Below are positions 12,286 to 23,940 of a stretch of DNA of 64,000 nucleotides, piece after piece. The translations under genes were made by a program, and so were the position numbers. The notes under the pieces were generated by a model. The model saw only the letters and a program-made list of their open reading frames with translations. It was not told where the DNA came from and made no database searches. The stretch comes from Squalus acanthias. Its lineage: Eukaryota. The stretch spans positions 19,966,001 to 20,030,000 of the forward strand of contig CM059433.1 of the NCBI GenBank assembly GCA_030390025.1, read 5' to 3'. The first letter of the stretch is position 1; each line of letters opens with the position of its first letter.

Positions 12286-13849
12286 AATATAACAATACTT
12301 AGATTTCTATAGTGTCTGATCACATTGTATCCTAGTGCTTCGTACAATGAATTGCTTTTGAAACGTGGTGACTGTTACGTTGGCAAAACCAGTCACCAAT
12401 CTGCATCAGCAATGATATAAAAACAGTCACGAGCTGAATAATTGGTTAATCTGGGATATTTTAGTTGTTTTGTTGGGAGAGGAATGTACCAGGATGCTGG
12501 AGATGTAACATAGTTTCACATTACTGGCTTGGCTTTGAAATTGTAGATATTAAACACAGACCAGGATTTTTTACAGATTAAAGCTACTGACAGATTTATT
12601 TGCAACTAAAGGCAAACATTTGCCAATTACTGAAGCTACTATTCAAACAAGGATAAGTTCGTATTGGGTCAATTAACCTTCTTGAGAATGCCTTCTGAAG
12701 AAGTAGAAAAATCTTTGCTCATGAACAGAAGTTTGTTCGACATTTATCAGTTTTTGATAATGTTTCAAAGTCCTACTCGTAACCTCTTGGAGGTCCAACC
12801 ATTGGTTTGAGGGAATCTCACGGTCACCTTTTCCAGAACACATCAAATAATGTCTCCTGGAATTTTCAATTAGCGAAGGAGATTGTTTTTAGTTTGTTAA
12901 ATAATCAAATCAGTGCTTCATACAAATATTTAATTGAACACAGTAGCTAGATCATACTAGGAAGAGAGAAAGAACTTGTATTTATATAAAATTGGGAGAG
13001 ATGTATAACAGGCGGCTGATTTGATAGCACCCTCTTTATACTACCACCCAAAGCCACAGGTATCCAATACGTCTTCAATCACTGGTGTGGGGCTTGAACC
13101 CATGACCTTCTGAGCTAAAGCTCATATAAATATATAATGAAAACATTATTATGCCTATTCCACTGTGAAAGTAGACAAATCATAGAATATTACAGCACAG
13201 AAACACGACATTTGGCCCAACAAAATCTGTGCCAGTGTTTTTCTCCACTTGAGCCATCTTTTTTAATCTCGCTTGCTTGCTTGTTCTTCATACTCCATAA
13301 TTTTCAAGGAACTAAATCCCTTTTTAAAGGAACTTGTTTCCTTTTTAAAAGAAAGATATAGGGCTCGATTTTGCCAGGCCCGAGGAGGCAGAATTGGAGG
13401 CGTGTGAGGTGGTAAAATTGCAAAAAAAAGGCGGGCGGGCCCGATCCCGCCTCCATCCCGCCTCCGAGCAATTTTCCCACATGCGTGTTTTCTGACCCCG
13501 TTTCCATCCCGCCTCCAAGAAGCGGGATAGGCCCTTAAGACCCCTAACAACCACTTAATTGCCTCTATAATCCCATTTTGAGAGGCCTTTCTGATTTTAA
13601 CACTTTTCCCACATGCTGCACGTCTCCTCTGGAACATGCCAGTGAATCCTGGCAGCATCACAAGTGGATTGCTTACTAACAGCTGCAGCTCCACCATTAA
13701 AAAGGAGTTTTCAGCAATCATCATTTGCAGGTGGCAGAACTTTGTTGTCTCAGGTCTGGGGGACCTTTTAGCAGGCCTACTCATTGTTCTGGAAGTTTGG
13801 ACACCCATCTCCAGTGTGACCTCCTGGGAAACCCCTCTCCCCACCTTGA

Positions 13850-14659
13850 ATGAGTGCTTCCTCAACTGAGGTATATACCAGAAGAATGGGAAGCATTTAT
13901 TTCCTTTCCTCCTGGACATCAGATTCGGACGAAGACCAGCCGCGGCAGCAGCAGAACCATGAACAACAGCAGCACCAACTGCAGGAGCAACAGCAGGAGC
14001 TCCAATCTGCTGCTCACCCACCTGAAGCTGCACAGGCCAGAAGGCGCCAGTGCATGGAAGCACGTCGGTGCAGGAGATACTCCGAAAACAGGGTCTACAG
14101 ACAGAGGATCAGCTACCTCAACATGACTGAGCAGCAGTGCCAAAGGAGGCTCCGACTTTCGCGAGAGGTAGTGGGTGACATCTGCACAATGCTGCAGCAA
14201 GAGCTGGAGCCCAGAGGAGCAGGTGGACACCCCTTACCAGTGGCCGTCAAAGTCACCACCACACTCAACTTTTTTGCTTCAGGCTCATTCCAGGGATCAG
14301 CAGCAGACATCAGCGGCATCTCCCAGGCGGCCGCACACACTTGCATCACGCAGGTAACCGATGCCCTCTTTGCCATCGCTCATAATTACATCAAGTTCTC
14401 CAAGGATCAAGCCAGTGTAACTGCGCGTGCGGTTGGGTTTGATAAGCTGGCAGGCTTTCCAAGGGTGCAGGGCATCGTTGACTGCACACATGTGGCCCTT
14501 AAGGCACCCCATCACAATCCAGGTATTTTTGTCAACCGCAAGGGCTTCCACTCCCTCAACGTACAGCTGGTGTGTGACCACAAGAAGGAAATTTTGCATG
14601 TTTGCGCCAAGTATCCTCGACACCTTTGGCGGGCGTCCTCTGGGGTTGCGAGCCTGTGA
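13850..14659 (+). pseudogene. Harbinger (HARBI1-like, DDE_Tnp_4) transposase, C-terminally truncated at about 14617
   Basis: [15 protein letters not shown]...GISQ...[14 protein letters not shown]...[17 protein letters not shown]...AKYP; similarity stops before the expected GSxHD, DxGY and catalytic E. Confidence 0.9.
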
Positions 14660-16463
14660 GGGCTCGGCAACAGTTTGCTGCTCCTGCGGCTGTGCAGGAG
14701 TTGAGACGCCGATCTCAGTTGGGTGAGGACTCTGGTGGGTCTCTGACCGAGGGCTCTGCAGTGGCATGGTCGTGTGAGCGTTTGGAGAGGAGCCCCCACT
14801 TCCTTGTTGTCTGCCACCAACATCCCTCTCATGGATCAGCCCCACTTCAGAGCTAGCAAGTGGCTGGACAACCCCTTTCTGTACTTCAGGGGGGCCATGA
14901 GGACCCGTTTCTGTGCTGGAAGTCCTACTCCAGAGGACTTTTCTCTGCTCAATAGCTGACCATCGCTCCTCAAGAGATGTCAGTCTATTCTGAACGATGA
15001 CCATGTTTTCACGACCCTGGCGACTAAGCTCCTCCATGGCCGTGGCCATCCTCTCCTCTATGGTAGCCATCCTTTCCATGGAGGTTGCCATCCTTTCCGT
15101 GGTGATGCGTTCATGCGCCAATGCCTCCACAACGGCTCTGCTCATGTTAGCGATGGACTCCTCCATTCGCTTCACACTCGCAGCGACCCTGGAGACAAAA
15201 CCTGCCAGAGACTCCGGCACCTCTTCCTGGAGTTCCAGCACCGCTCTTCTTCTGGATGGACCCGGAGGCACAGGGTCGACATGCAGCCAAGCCGAGCTGG
15301 CAGAGTCCAGCGCCCTCCGATGAGGACTCTCCACTGCTGTCCCTGTCTCCACCATCTGCTGATGCTCACTTGTGAGCTGTGATACACCAGGTGACAACAC
15401 TACACTATTTCGCGCAGTTCCCACCAAGGTGTGAGTGTCTGCGCTGGTGCTGGGTGCGCTGAATTCTGCTGACGCTACGCCTTCAAAGGTTGCAGCTTCC
15501 TCTGAGGAGTCTTGAAGCTCAGGCTCTTCCTCTTGGACAGTGGGGACGGGGGCTGTCAATGATCCTGTGGGGGAGTAAAGGAAAGAGTTGGAGATGTGAG
15601 GGAAAGTTTGCATGCACATTGAATTGTACAGATGATCGTAAGTCAATCTGTTAGACCTTCAGAATCATTATCAGTTACTCATGCAATGTCAATGAGAGAG
15701 ATGCAAAACTATTCCATCACCAGCTTGCTGTGATGCACCCATCTGTCCGTCCCCCACTTGCGCATCCTCCACCACTCCCACAATCTCCAGGGCCGCCTCC
15801 TCCGCAGTGGTGAGCTGGACTCCTGAGGGTGGCCCTCCTCCTGTCCTCGCCCTCTCCTTCTTATTGTGGGCTCTCTTTTCCTGAAATGAGGGACGCAAGT
15901 GGAGTTTGTGTGAAAATGAAGGAGTGAGTGTCGAGATTCCAGAGCATAGATGCTTAGAAGGAGACAAAGATGGAGTGAGGTGCCAAGACCAAGGGCCCTC
16001 CCTGTGTGTTGTAAGTTGTTGTCATAGCATCACAGCGATAGGGAGTGTGAGGGCTGCATAGTCGAATAGTTAAGTGAATGTGTACATACAGAGAGAGGGA
16101 ATGGGTAAGGGTGCAGGGATGTCAGTGTCAAGTGGGATGTGGAGGAAGAGGTTGGCAAAGCTGAGTGCTGGTGAGGAGAGGCGATGGGGATCAGATTGAG
16201 GGTGATGGGAAAGGCATACTCACTTTTCCTGTGCGGAGAAGGTCATGAAACCTCTTCCTGCACTGCAGCCAGGTTCTGCGGCACATAGACATTGAGTTGA
16301 CCTCCTGGGCCATTTGCATCCACACAGCTTTAGTCTGCTGGGGAAGCTTTTTCCTCCCTGAGGAAGGGAAGAGCACCTCCTTATTTGATCTTGCTCCCTC
16401 CAGCAGAGCTTGCAGGGCGGCGTCATCGAACCGTGGAGCACACTTTGGCCTGCTGCTGGACAC
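14618..16463 (-). pseudogene. Harbinger Myb/SANT-like (NAIF1/MSANTD-type) DNA-binding gene, 3 exons: 16463-16224, 15880-15721, 15564-~14618
   Basis: Exon 1 APRFDDAALQALLE...W...A..VN......RTWLQCRKRFHDL; donor AAA|gtgagt; acceptor tttcag|GAA (phase 0); exon 2 EKRAHNKKERARTGGGP; donor G|gtgatg; acceptor cctttactcccccacag|GA (phase 1). All phases are compatible. No in-frame ATG (ATGTGTCC may carry a 2-nt slip). Confidence 0.85.
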
Positions 16464-17478
16464 ATTTGCTGAATGAAGCGATCACAACAATGGGCATAAA
16501 GTTTGCAGTCTCCAGAAGAAGCAAGGCTGCTTGCAGGCCTTAAATCCAGCAGCACTGATGATGTCATTGGAGGCGACTTTCAGGATGGAAAGACTCATTG
16601 GGCCAGGGGTTCCCACACGCTGGAAATCAAGTGCCCAATTAGGGGAAAATCGCACTTTTTTCCCACTTCACATCGGAGTCGGAATCCTGACACGAAAACC
16701 ATCTGACACGCCCCAGCCCGACCCCAATGGCAAAAGCCAGCCCATGGACTCTGCTTCATCAAAGGTTTGTGGCAGAGAATTCTACATTCTAACCACCTTT
16801 TGTGAAGAGGTTTTTTTTCTAACCTCCCCTTTCATTGTTTTTGTGATTGTCTTAAATTTGTGCCTTTTTATTAAAATCTCACCAACCAGTGGAAATGATC
16901 GGTCAATATTAAAATTACAATGCTTCGTAATCTTAAAGACCCCTATCAGGTCACGCTTAATCTTCTCAGCTCCAGTGGCAAAGCCCTTACTTCTCAAGTC
17001 TTTCTTCATGACTGGAACACCTCACAATATACTACAGACTATTACACAAAGCAGTCGATAGAGATACAAACACAATTCACACAATTCCATAAAGCAAACA
17101 ATAAAACAAACCACTTTGATCTGGTCAAAAAAGACTCTCTACTTTTCACTTAACGGAATAAGCAATTCACTCTTTGTGACAATCAGGTTTACTTATATTC
17201 ATCCCTGTAATGTTCAATCTCATTCCTAACAATAATTATCAATCTTCATTTTGCAAGTTGATTGAATCATGAACTGCTCAAATCATACTTGGGGTACGTT
17301 GATTTTGCACTAATGTCTTCTAGTTCTATGTTCACAGTCAATATTAAATATCAATTCACATCAACATTATCTACGCTTCTGATTTGCATAATGTCTCTTC
17401 TCAATCTTCTGCAGTGAATACATGTTTGTTTCTGTCAGCTTCTCTTCATAATACACAGTTCAGTCTCCTGGAATCACA

Positions 17479-18890
17479 GGGCTGGATCTTGCCAGCCCTG
17501 GGGAGGCGGGTTTGGAGGCAGGACTGCTGGGAAAATGGTAGAATCTGGGGGCGGGTGCCAATCCCGCCCCCAACCCACCTCCGTGCCATCTTCCCAGGAG
17601 GCGGGAAGGGGATTACAGCCACTTGACTGCCTGTTAACAGGTAGTTAACAGGCAGATAAGAGGATTATCCCCATTTTACCCACACAAGTGCAGGCTTCCC
17701 GAAGGCTCCGAACCCCGCCAGGGTCACCGAGGCCAGCAGTGGGTCTGCGGGGGTCGGAGGGGTGCAAGTGATTAAGAAGGCAAATGGAATGTTGGCTTTC
17801 ATTGCTAGGGGGATAGAATATAAAAATAGGGAGGTATTGCTTCAGTTGTACAAGGTATTGGTGAGACCGCACCTGGAATACTGCATACAGTTTTGGTGTC
17901 CTTACTTAAGGAAAGACATCCTTGCTCTCGAGGCAGTGCAAAAAAGGTTCACTCGGTTAATCCCGGGGATGAGGGGGTGGTCATATGAGGAGAGGTTGGG
18001 TAGATTGGGACTCTACTCATTGGAGTTCAGAAGAATGAGAGGCGATCTTATTGAAACATATAAGATTGTGAAGGGGTTGGATCGGGTGGATGCGGGGAGG
18101 ATGTTCCCGATGACGGGTGAGACGAGAACTAGGGGACATAGTCTTAGAATAAGGGGCTGCTCTTTCAAAACTGAGATGAGGAGGAACTACTTCACTCAGA
18201 GGGTGGTAGGTCCATGGAATATGCTGCCACAAAAAGCTGTAGAAGCTACAACATTAATTAAATTTAAAACAGAAATAGACAGTTTCCTAGAAGTAAAGGG
18301 CATTAAGGGTTACGGGGAGCGGGCAGGAATTTGGACATGAGTCTAGGTTCGGATCGGTCATGGCCCTGTGGGTAGTGGAGCGGGCCCAGGGACTGTGTAG
18401 CCTGATTCTGCTCCTATTTCGTGTGTGCAATTCTGTTAGATGCAGGAGATGGTTCTGTGATAGATAGTAGATTGGCGGTTAGGATCAGATCAGCCATGAT
18501 CTTATTGAATGGCGGAGCAGGCTCGAGGGGCCGATTGGCCTACTCCTGCTCCTATTTCTTATGTTCTTATGTTCTTATGTAAAAGTGCGCTGTGGAGGTA
18601 AGTGATGGGTGCAAGTGTGGAGAGGTAAGTGTGTGAGGTGAGTGGAAAGTGATAGAAAAAGTTTACTTACCTTTGTTTCTTCCTGCAGGCTTCAACAGTT
18701 GGGGATGCGGAGAGTCTCACATCTCACCAGCAGAGATGACAGATGGCTGCTGCATTCTCCAATGCAACAACCATCTAATTTCTGCTCACAAAAGAGGTTT
18801 GAGGAGTCTTGAATACAAGGACTCATCAAACAACAGAGAATGTCAGTGTTTGACAGCTTCAGAGAGCTGTCAAACGATGACAATTCATCT
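17479..18890 (+). mobile_element. Harbinger-type non-autonomous element, split by a CR1, right end not identified
   Basis: Begins GGGCTGGATCTTGCCAGCCCTGGGGAGGCGGG; 17479-17762 and 18581-18890 align in inverted orientation with 44840-45678. Confidence 0.7.
17763..18580 (+). mobile_element. Young CR1 3' fragment
   Basis: ORF 17762..18340 is an uninterrupted CR1 ORF2 C-terminus; (ttcttatg)n tail ending near 18580. Confidence 0.92.
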
Positions 18891-19569
18891 GTCAAAAATA
18901 TTGCCCCACCAGTGATCTATGCAAAGTTAGAATAATGTCTTTTCAAACTTATCAATTATCTTTGACATCCATAATGTTGAGTTAGTTTTATTGATAACAG
19001 CCCCAGTTGAAAAGCACGCTGGTCAACAGTCGCACCAAAATACTTTTAATCTTTTTTCTTATGTGCACTCTTGTATTTCCTTCAGTGAGTGGTGGGTTCC
19101 ACAGGGCATTGGTCTTTTGATTTCACACAATCTGGCCATCTTGATTACATATTTTTATTAATTATTTTTGTTAAAAATCAGTTTAGATAGGCCAAACCCT
19201 CCTGAAATTCTGGTGGTGGTGCTTTTTAATGGGAGACACTTGTATGTATTCCCTGGCCTACATTACAGTAAGACCCCTTTATTGTATTGTTTCCTATGAC
19301 CGGTGGGCACTGCATGAAAGTTTTGTTTTGATTGACCCCAAGCTTACTGTTTTGATGTTGTTTCCCCTCCCCACTCTTGTTTGGAATTAGTTTAGCTTAG
19401 CCAGCCCTCCCCAAAATGTTTAATGATGCTGCTTTTTTAAGGGGAAGAACTTATGTCCCATTGGGGGTACAGGCCCGGTACAAAATATAACCCCTTTGTT
19501 CAGTACTGCTTCCTCATGTTTCGAGCTATAGTTCATGCCTGGGTAACCCCTGAGTAGCAACATGTGCTT

Positions 19570-20145
19570 TCTCTTCTCTTCTCTTCTCTTAGGCAGTCCC
19601 TCGGAACCGAGGATGACTTGCTTCCACACTAAAAATGAGTTCTCAGGTGACTGATGAGTCCAATGCGGGACCTACAGTCCCTGTCACAGGTGGGGCAGAC
19701 GGTGGTTGAAGGGGCGGGTGGGTGTGGTGCTTGGGTTGACGTGCGCTCCTTGCGCTGCTTGCGTGTGGCTTCCGCTTGCTCCCGGCGAAGAGACTCGAGG
19801 TGTTCGGCGCCTTCCCGGATGCTTCTCCTCCACTTTGTGCGGTCGTGGGCCAGGGAGTCCCAGGTGTCGGTGGGGATGTTGCATTTTTTCAAGGAGGCTT
19901 TGAGGGTGTCCTTGAAATGTTTCCTCTGCCCACCTGGGGCTCTCTTGCCGTGTCGGAGCTCCGAGTAGAGCGCTTGTTTTGGGAGTCTCGTATCGGGCAT
20001 GCGGACGATGTGACCCGTCCATCGGAGCTGATCGAGCGTGGTCAAAGCTTCGATGCTGGGGATGTTGGCCTGAGCGAGAACACTGACGTTGGTGCGCCTA
20101 TCCTGCCAATGGATTTGCAGGATCTTGCGGAGGCAGCGTCGGTAG
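19570..20145 (-). mobile_element. RTE-clade LINE 3' fragment
   Basis: ORF 19629..20045 QLRWTGHIVRMPDTRLPKQALYSEL...GGQRKHFKDTLK and C-terminal C2H2 CPTCDRDCRSRIGLISHLRTH; short 3' UTR and (AAGAG)n tail. Confidence 0.9.
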
Positions 20146-22298
20146 TTTCTACCGTTTCTACCGTTTCACTGAGCACCTTCCATGTGGGCACCGTGTGGAA
20201 AGTTGTGTAATTTTCTCAGATTTTGCCATTTTCATTTGATTTTGTTAATTTACTTCTGTTGTTTTTTTTTAGTTAAGTCAATTTCAGAAGGCCACTCTGC
20301 CTTGAAGTTTATGCTTTTTTAAAAACAAAATGGCTTACTGTTGGCGTTACAATAACACTGATTAGAAAATCTAGGCCTGTCTCCAGATGAGGGAAAAAAA
20401 TTGGTAAGAAAAGAGAAATCAATATGACAGAGCCTGACTATGGCCCTGTGGCTTTTACTGCGGGAAAGGGTTGATAGAAATATTTCCAAGAAGGTGGTTG
20501 AATTTGTCAAGTGAGCGTTGAAGGGGAGTAGCTGCCTGCAGATTCCATCTCCACGGAAACTAAGGGCAGTCGTGAAACAGCAGGGGCTGATAACAGAGCA
20601 GGCCTACATTGCTGAAGAAACCAAACGGCATGGTACCAGCCCTGAACAGCATGCTGCGGGAAGCATCCATTCGACCGCCAGTGAAATAAGGATCACAGAT
20701 TGTTAATAAATCAACAAGGTGTTTGAAGCCTGTGAAAGTGCTGCTTTTAATACCTGGCTTGAATGAGCGCTTGGATGAGCAAAGATTTAGTTGAAAATTG
20801 GTTTCAATTTTCTGTTGCTTCTGAGCTCTGTCAAGTTGGGCTGAAGAGTATGAGAAAGCCAGAGGCTGCTAAGTAGGCACAGCTGTTATCGTAGCATTCC
20901 CAGTGTTATTGAAAGCTATTTGTCAGGGCTAGAGAGCCCTATGTTTTGCTAGCGGACTGACACCGCTGCGATGAGTGCTGCAGCAGAATCGGGTGGGGTA
21001 AGAAAGTGTCGCAAACCTCCGCCGACGCAAGACAGACGCTGCTACTGCAAAAAACGTCAGAGCAAAGTCAGAGAGCCTGGAGTTTGTTAATGAAAACACA
21101 TCCTGCTAAACTTTTATTAATATCCTCAACGGCTCACGTACTTTACCTCACAATAGCTTCGGGTACAGTCAGAGTCCGGTTGCATCCCCGTGCCTCTCTG
21201 CCTCTCCACCAAAGACGAATCTGTCTCCCAAGCTGTCTCCTGGTTTCTCCTGACATGCCGACAGTCAGTGTTTTGGACCCAGTGCCCGCGCCAGTCTGTG
21301 TTTGTCAATAAAAATCAACATGGAGTTAAACTTCTCACAATTTTCTGAGGCTGCCCACGAGCCAGCACTGCTCAATCTTCTGCGCATATATTACTGGGCT
21401 TCATGGCTCCTGCCCCCGATCCATATATTGATTTTTTTTCTTGAAGGATAAGAGTAGAATATTCCAAGTGGATTTAATGTTTAAAAATTATGTGACTCTT
21501 ATTGCTCAGCTGGGAGCATGACTGAGGCAGTTCAGCGGGATAACCTTTCCAGAATAATCTTTATTTTCCATGAAAAATATAATGATGTTGGACTCCAAAT
21601 GCTGCAAAATTGCACCAAATCTCAGGGCCAATGGTCATTTTGGCCTCTACCTGCCCGCATAAGTGCAGTGGAGTGGATGCCAGTGAGCTCCACTTCTGAC
21701 CCTGCCACAGTATCTGGGGTGAGGATGGGGGGTCAAGCGATTGGTATGCTCTCAGTGAGCACTCGTGCTAGTGTGGGTACATCTTGGGCACTTGCTATGG
21801 GGGTGTGGTGGGGGTGGGGGGGTGGGTGGGAAGGAGGGGGACAAGAAATGCAGTGACTGTTCATTCATTCCCTGGCCAACAAGTACCACCACGTCTGATT
21901 TGCTTTTGGAGTTGCTTGCGCACAGAGGGCGAGAAATGATGCATCGCTGTGTGCTTTATTTCTGAGTTGGGATTTCCATTGAGCTGCACACAGCAGAGTA
22001 AATAGGATGAAGAAGCCTTGATTAGATCTTTGGATCCCTTCCTGATGGTTGTCCATAAACATTGTCCATAATGGTTGTCCATAAACAAAGCCAAAGCTTC
22101 CTGGAATTGGACCTCAAAGCATGTGTCGCAGCATTCATGAGAAATGCTCCTACTGCTCTGTCAATGGCCTGCATTACTGTGGTTGCCACTGCAGTTAATA
22201 TTAATGTTGTTGTCTGCAGAATATTAGATTGAAATGCAGACAAACGTTCATTCACCTCCTTCACTAACATAGAAGTAAAGCTTCTCGACTTAGTCAAT

Positions 22299-22740
22299 GG
22301 CCCAGAATTTGCTGGAGCAGGGCATGTCACGCCGTGCCATGTGAGTTAGACTTTGTCCTGCATTCGTCAGCTCAAAAGTGTTTTGCCCTGTAAGTTGCTG
22401 GAAGTGCGAGCTGATAACGTCATGGCGACGGCAACGGGCATCTGGGACCTTAGTGAATGACCGGACCAACAGTCTATCTCTTTAATCAATGAGATATAAG
22501 GATTGAGAAATACGCAGAGGAAGGACTGAGAAGGAGGGTGAATTAGAGTGGGTGAATTCAATGTCAAATCAGGTACAGAAAGAGAAATAAAAAGAGGGAA
22601 AGAAGGATTGAATTAAGAGAGAGAGAAAAAAGAGACAGAAAGGAAAAGTAAGAATTTTTTTTTTAATTTGACATTTTAAAAATCTCCAACAACAATTCCC
22701 AACCTGAAGGAATGAGACTCCATGCTTTTAATTGTTCCCT
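22299..22740 (+). mobile_element. Truncated Harbinger-type MITE, same family as 39958-40710
   Basis: Starts GGCCCAGAATTTGCTG; shares gtgcgagctgataacg, gggcatctgggacct, tcaaatcaggtacagaaag and aacctgaaggaatgagactcc with 40050-40352. Confidence 0.75.
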
Positions 22741-22744
22741 TTTG

Positions 22745-23150
22745 CCTTGCACCATCATCCCTTTGGTCATTTAATCACGCCTACCCTCCACCCTATCACA
22801 GTCTTTTCCCTTATTGTTCTTTCCCTGCCGCCTTTTCCCTGGCTCTGTACTTGCTTAAATGCTGTTCATCTCTAACATCGCCCAGTTCTGATGAAAGGTC
22901 AACGACCTTAAAAATTGGGAGTAATTTTAACCTAACTCGCTGGGAGGGAAACCCACGGGATGGGTGGATCACTGGGTTTACACCCTGGCCATTGTTATGG
23001 AGAGTAAAATCGGGCGGGGTGTAAAACCAACGTTGTACCCGATCCTGTCAGCTTCCTGACGGGCGGGTTAGGATAAAATTGCCCCCATTAACTCTCTCTC
23101 CACAAATGCTGCCTGCCTGCTGAGTGTTTCCTGCATTTTCTGTTTGCATT
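22745..23150 (+). mobile_element. Penelope-like 3' remnant of the 6735-7202 family, hammerhead disrupted by a MITE
   Basis: ccagttctgatgaaaggtcaacgacct...[MITE]...attaactctctctccacaaatgctgcc...ctgagtgtttcc matches 7105-7200. Confidence 0.7.
22917..23086. mobile_element. 170-bp Harbinger-type MITE
   Basis: TIR GGG(A/G)G(T/C)AATTTTA(A/T)CCTAAC, 17/20 match; TSD ATT (22914-22916, 23087-23089). Confidence 0.85.
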
Positions 23151-23940
23151 ATTAAAGTTGTGTTGTGATTGGTGACTGGTTTCCTTTCACTTCAGTTATC
23201 AAATTTGGATTGTTGGAAACTAAAGCAGAAAAGGTGTACGCACTATCCATCCTGATTTTGGTTCATCCTATTTCTGCAGAATAAGGACAATTAACATTTA
23301 TTCTTCAAAAGAGGAAAATATGGCCCTTCATAGTCTAGTTGCATATATGCATATCATAGTAAAAGTCCAGGGTGCCCTAACATGAATATTTAATAACACA
23401 AAACACAACACTGGAGAGTGTGGTGATTTTACTGTCACTCTTCAGATAGTAAGAGGCATGAAAATATCATCTCCTGTGACATGCCATTCCAAACTGGGGT
23501 GGAATATTGCTGTTCATCTCTATGATCAGGTCTGAAGCAAAACCACCCAAATCTATGGCACATTTTGCCACAAGAGAGAAAGTGGAACTTAAAACGTCAT
23601 GTATGAGTAATTATCCTGCTTTTCAATTTCTCTTTTCTTTTGCTAAAAATGTAGACCTCCTCTACAAGACTGTGTTGGCTCACAGCCACAGCGCTGGAGC
23701 CTCAGCTTGAATTTCAGACTTGGCTAACAGTCACACAATTGAGAGAGGTACAGTTTCTCACTTCATGGCCAGGCTATCAAGATAGAAAACTGCCTACTCT
23801 GTGCAACCTAACTCTAACTTCTGGTGGGACTGATGTTGAGGAGATTTGGAGCCCACGAATTGTGTATGACTGAGGGTTATTACATGGCTGCGGGAGATTT
23901 ACTGGATAGAGAAGGAAAGGGGGAAAAACTAGGAAACGTA

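Larger units (their letters stand above)
13361..16743. mobile_element. PIF/Harbinger DNA transposon, two-gene type, internally deleted
   Basis: TIR GGGCTCGATTTTGCCA / GGGCTGGCTTTTGCCA; flanks ata/atg; convergent transposase (+) and Myb/SANT-like (-) genes; sits in an old CR1 3' fragment that resumes at 16744. Confidence 0.92.

Noticed and set aside
14297..14617. C-terminal ~105 aa of the 449-aa minus ORF as genuine protein
   Set aside because: It is the antisense of the transposase, reached only through the deletion junction
13850..16463. Domesticated HARBI1 or NAIF1 host genes
   Set aside because: TIRs are present, the transposase is truncated, the element is intronic and inserted in a CR1, and there are related MITEs: this is a transposon copy
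20270..21510. Possible Crypton-like remnant (AFNTWLE...KDLVE...RKPE)
   Set aside because: Motifs are scattered over frames and the ends are unconvincing; cannot be supported by eye
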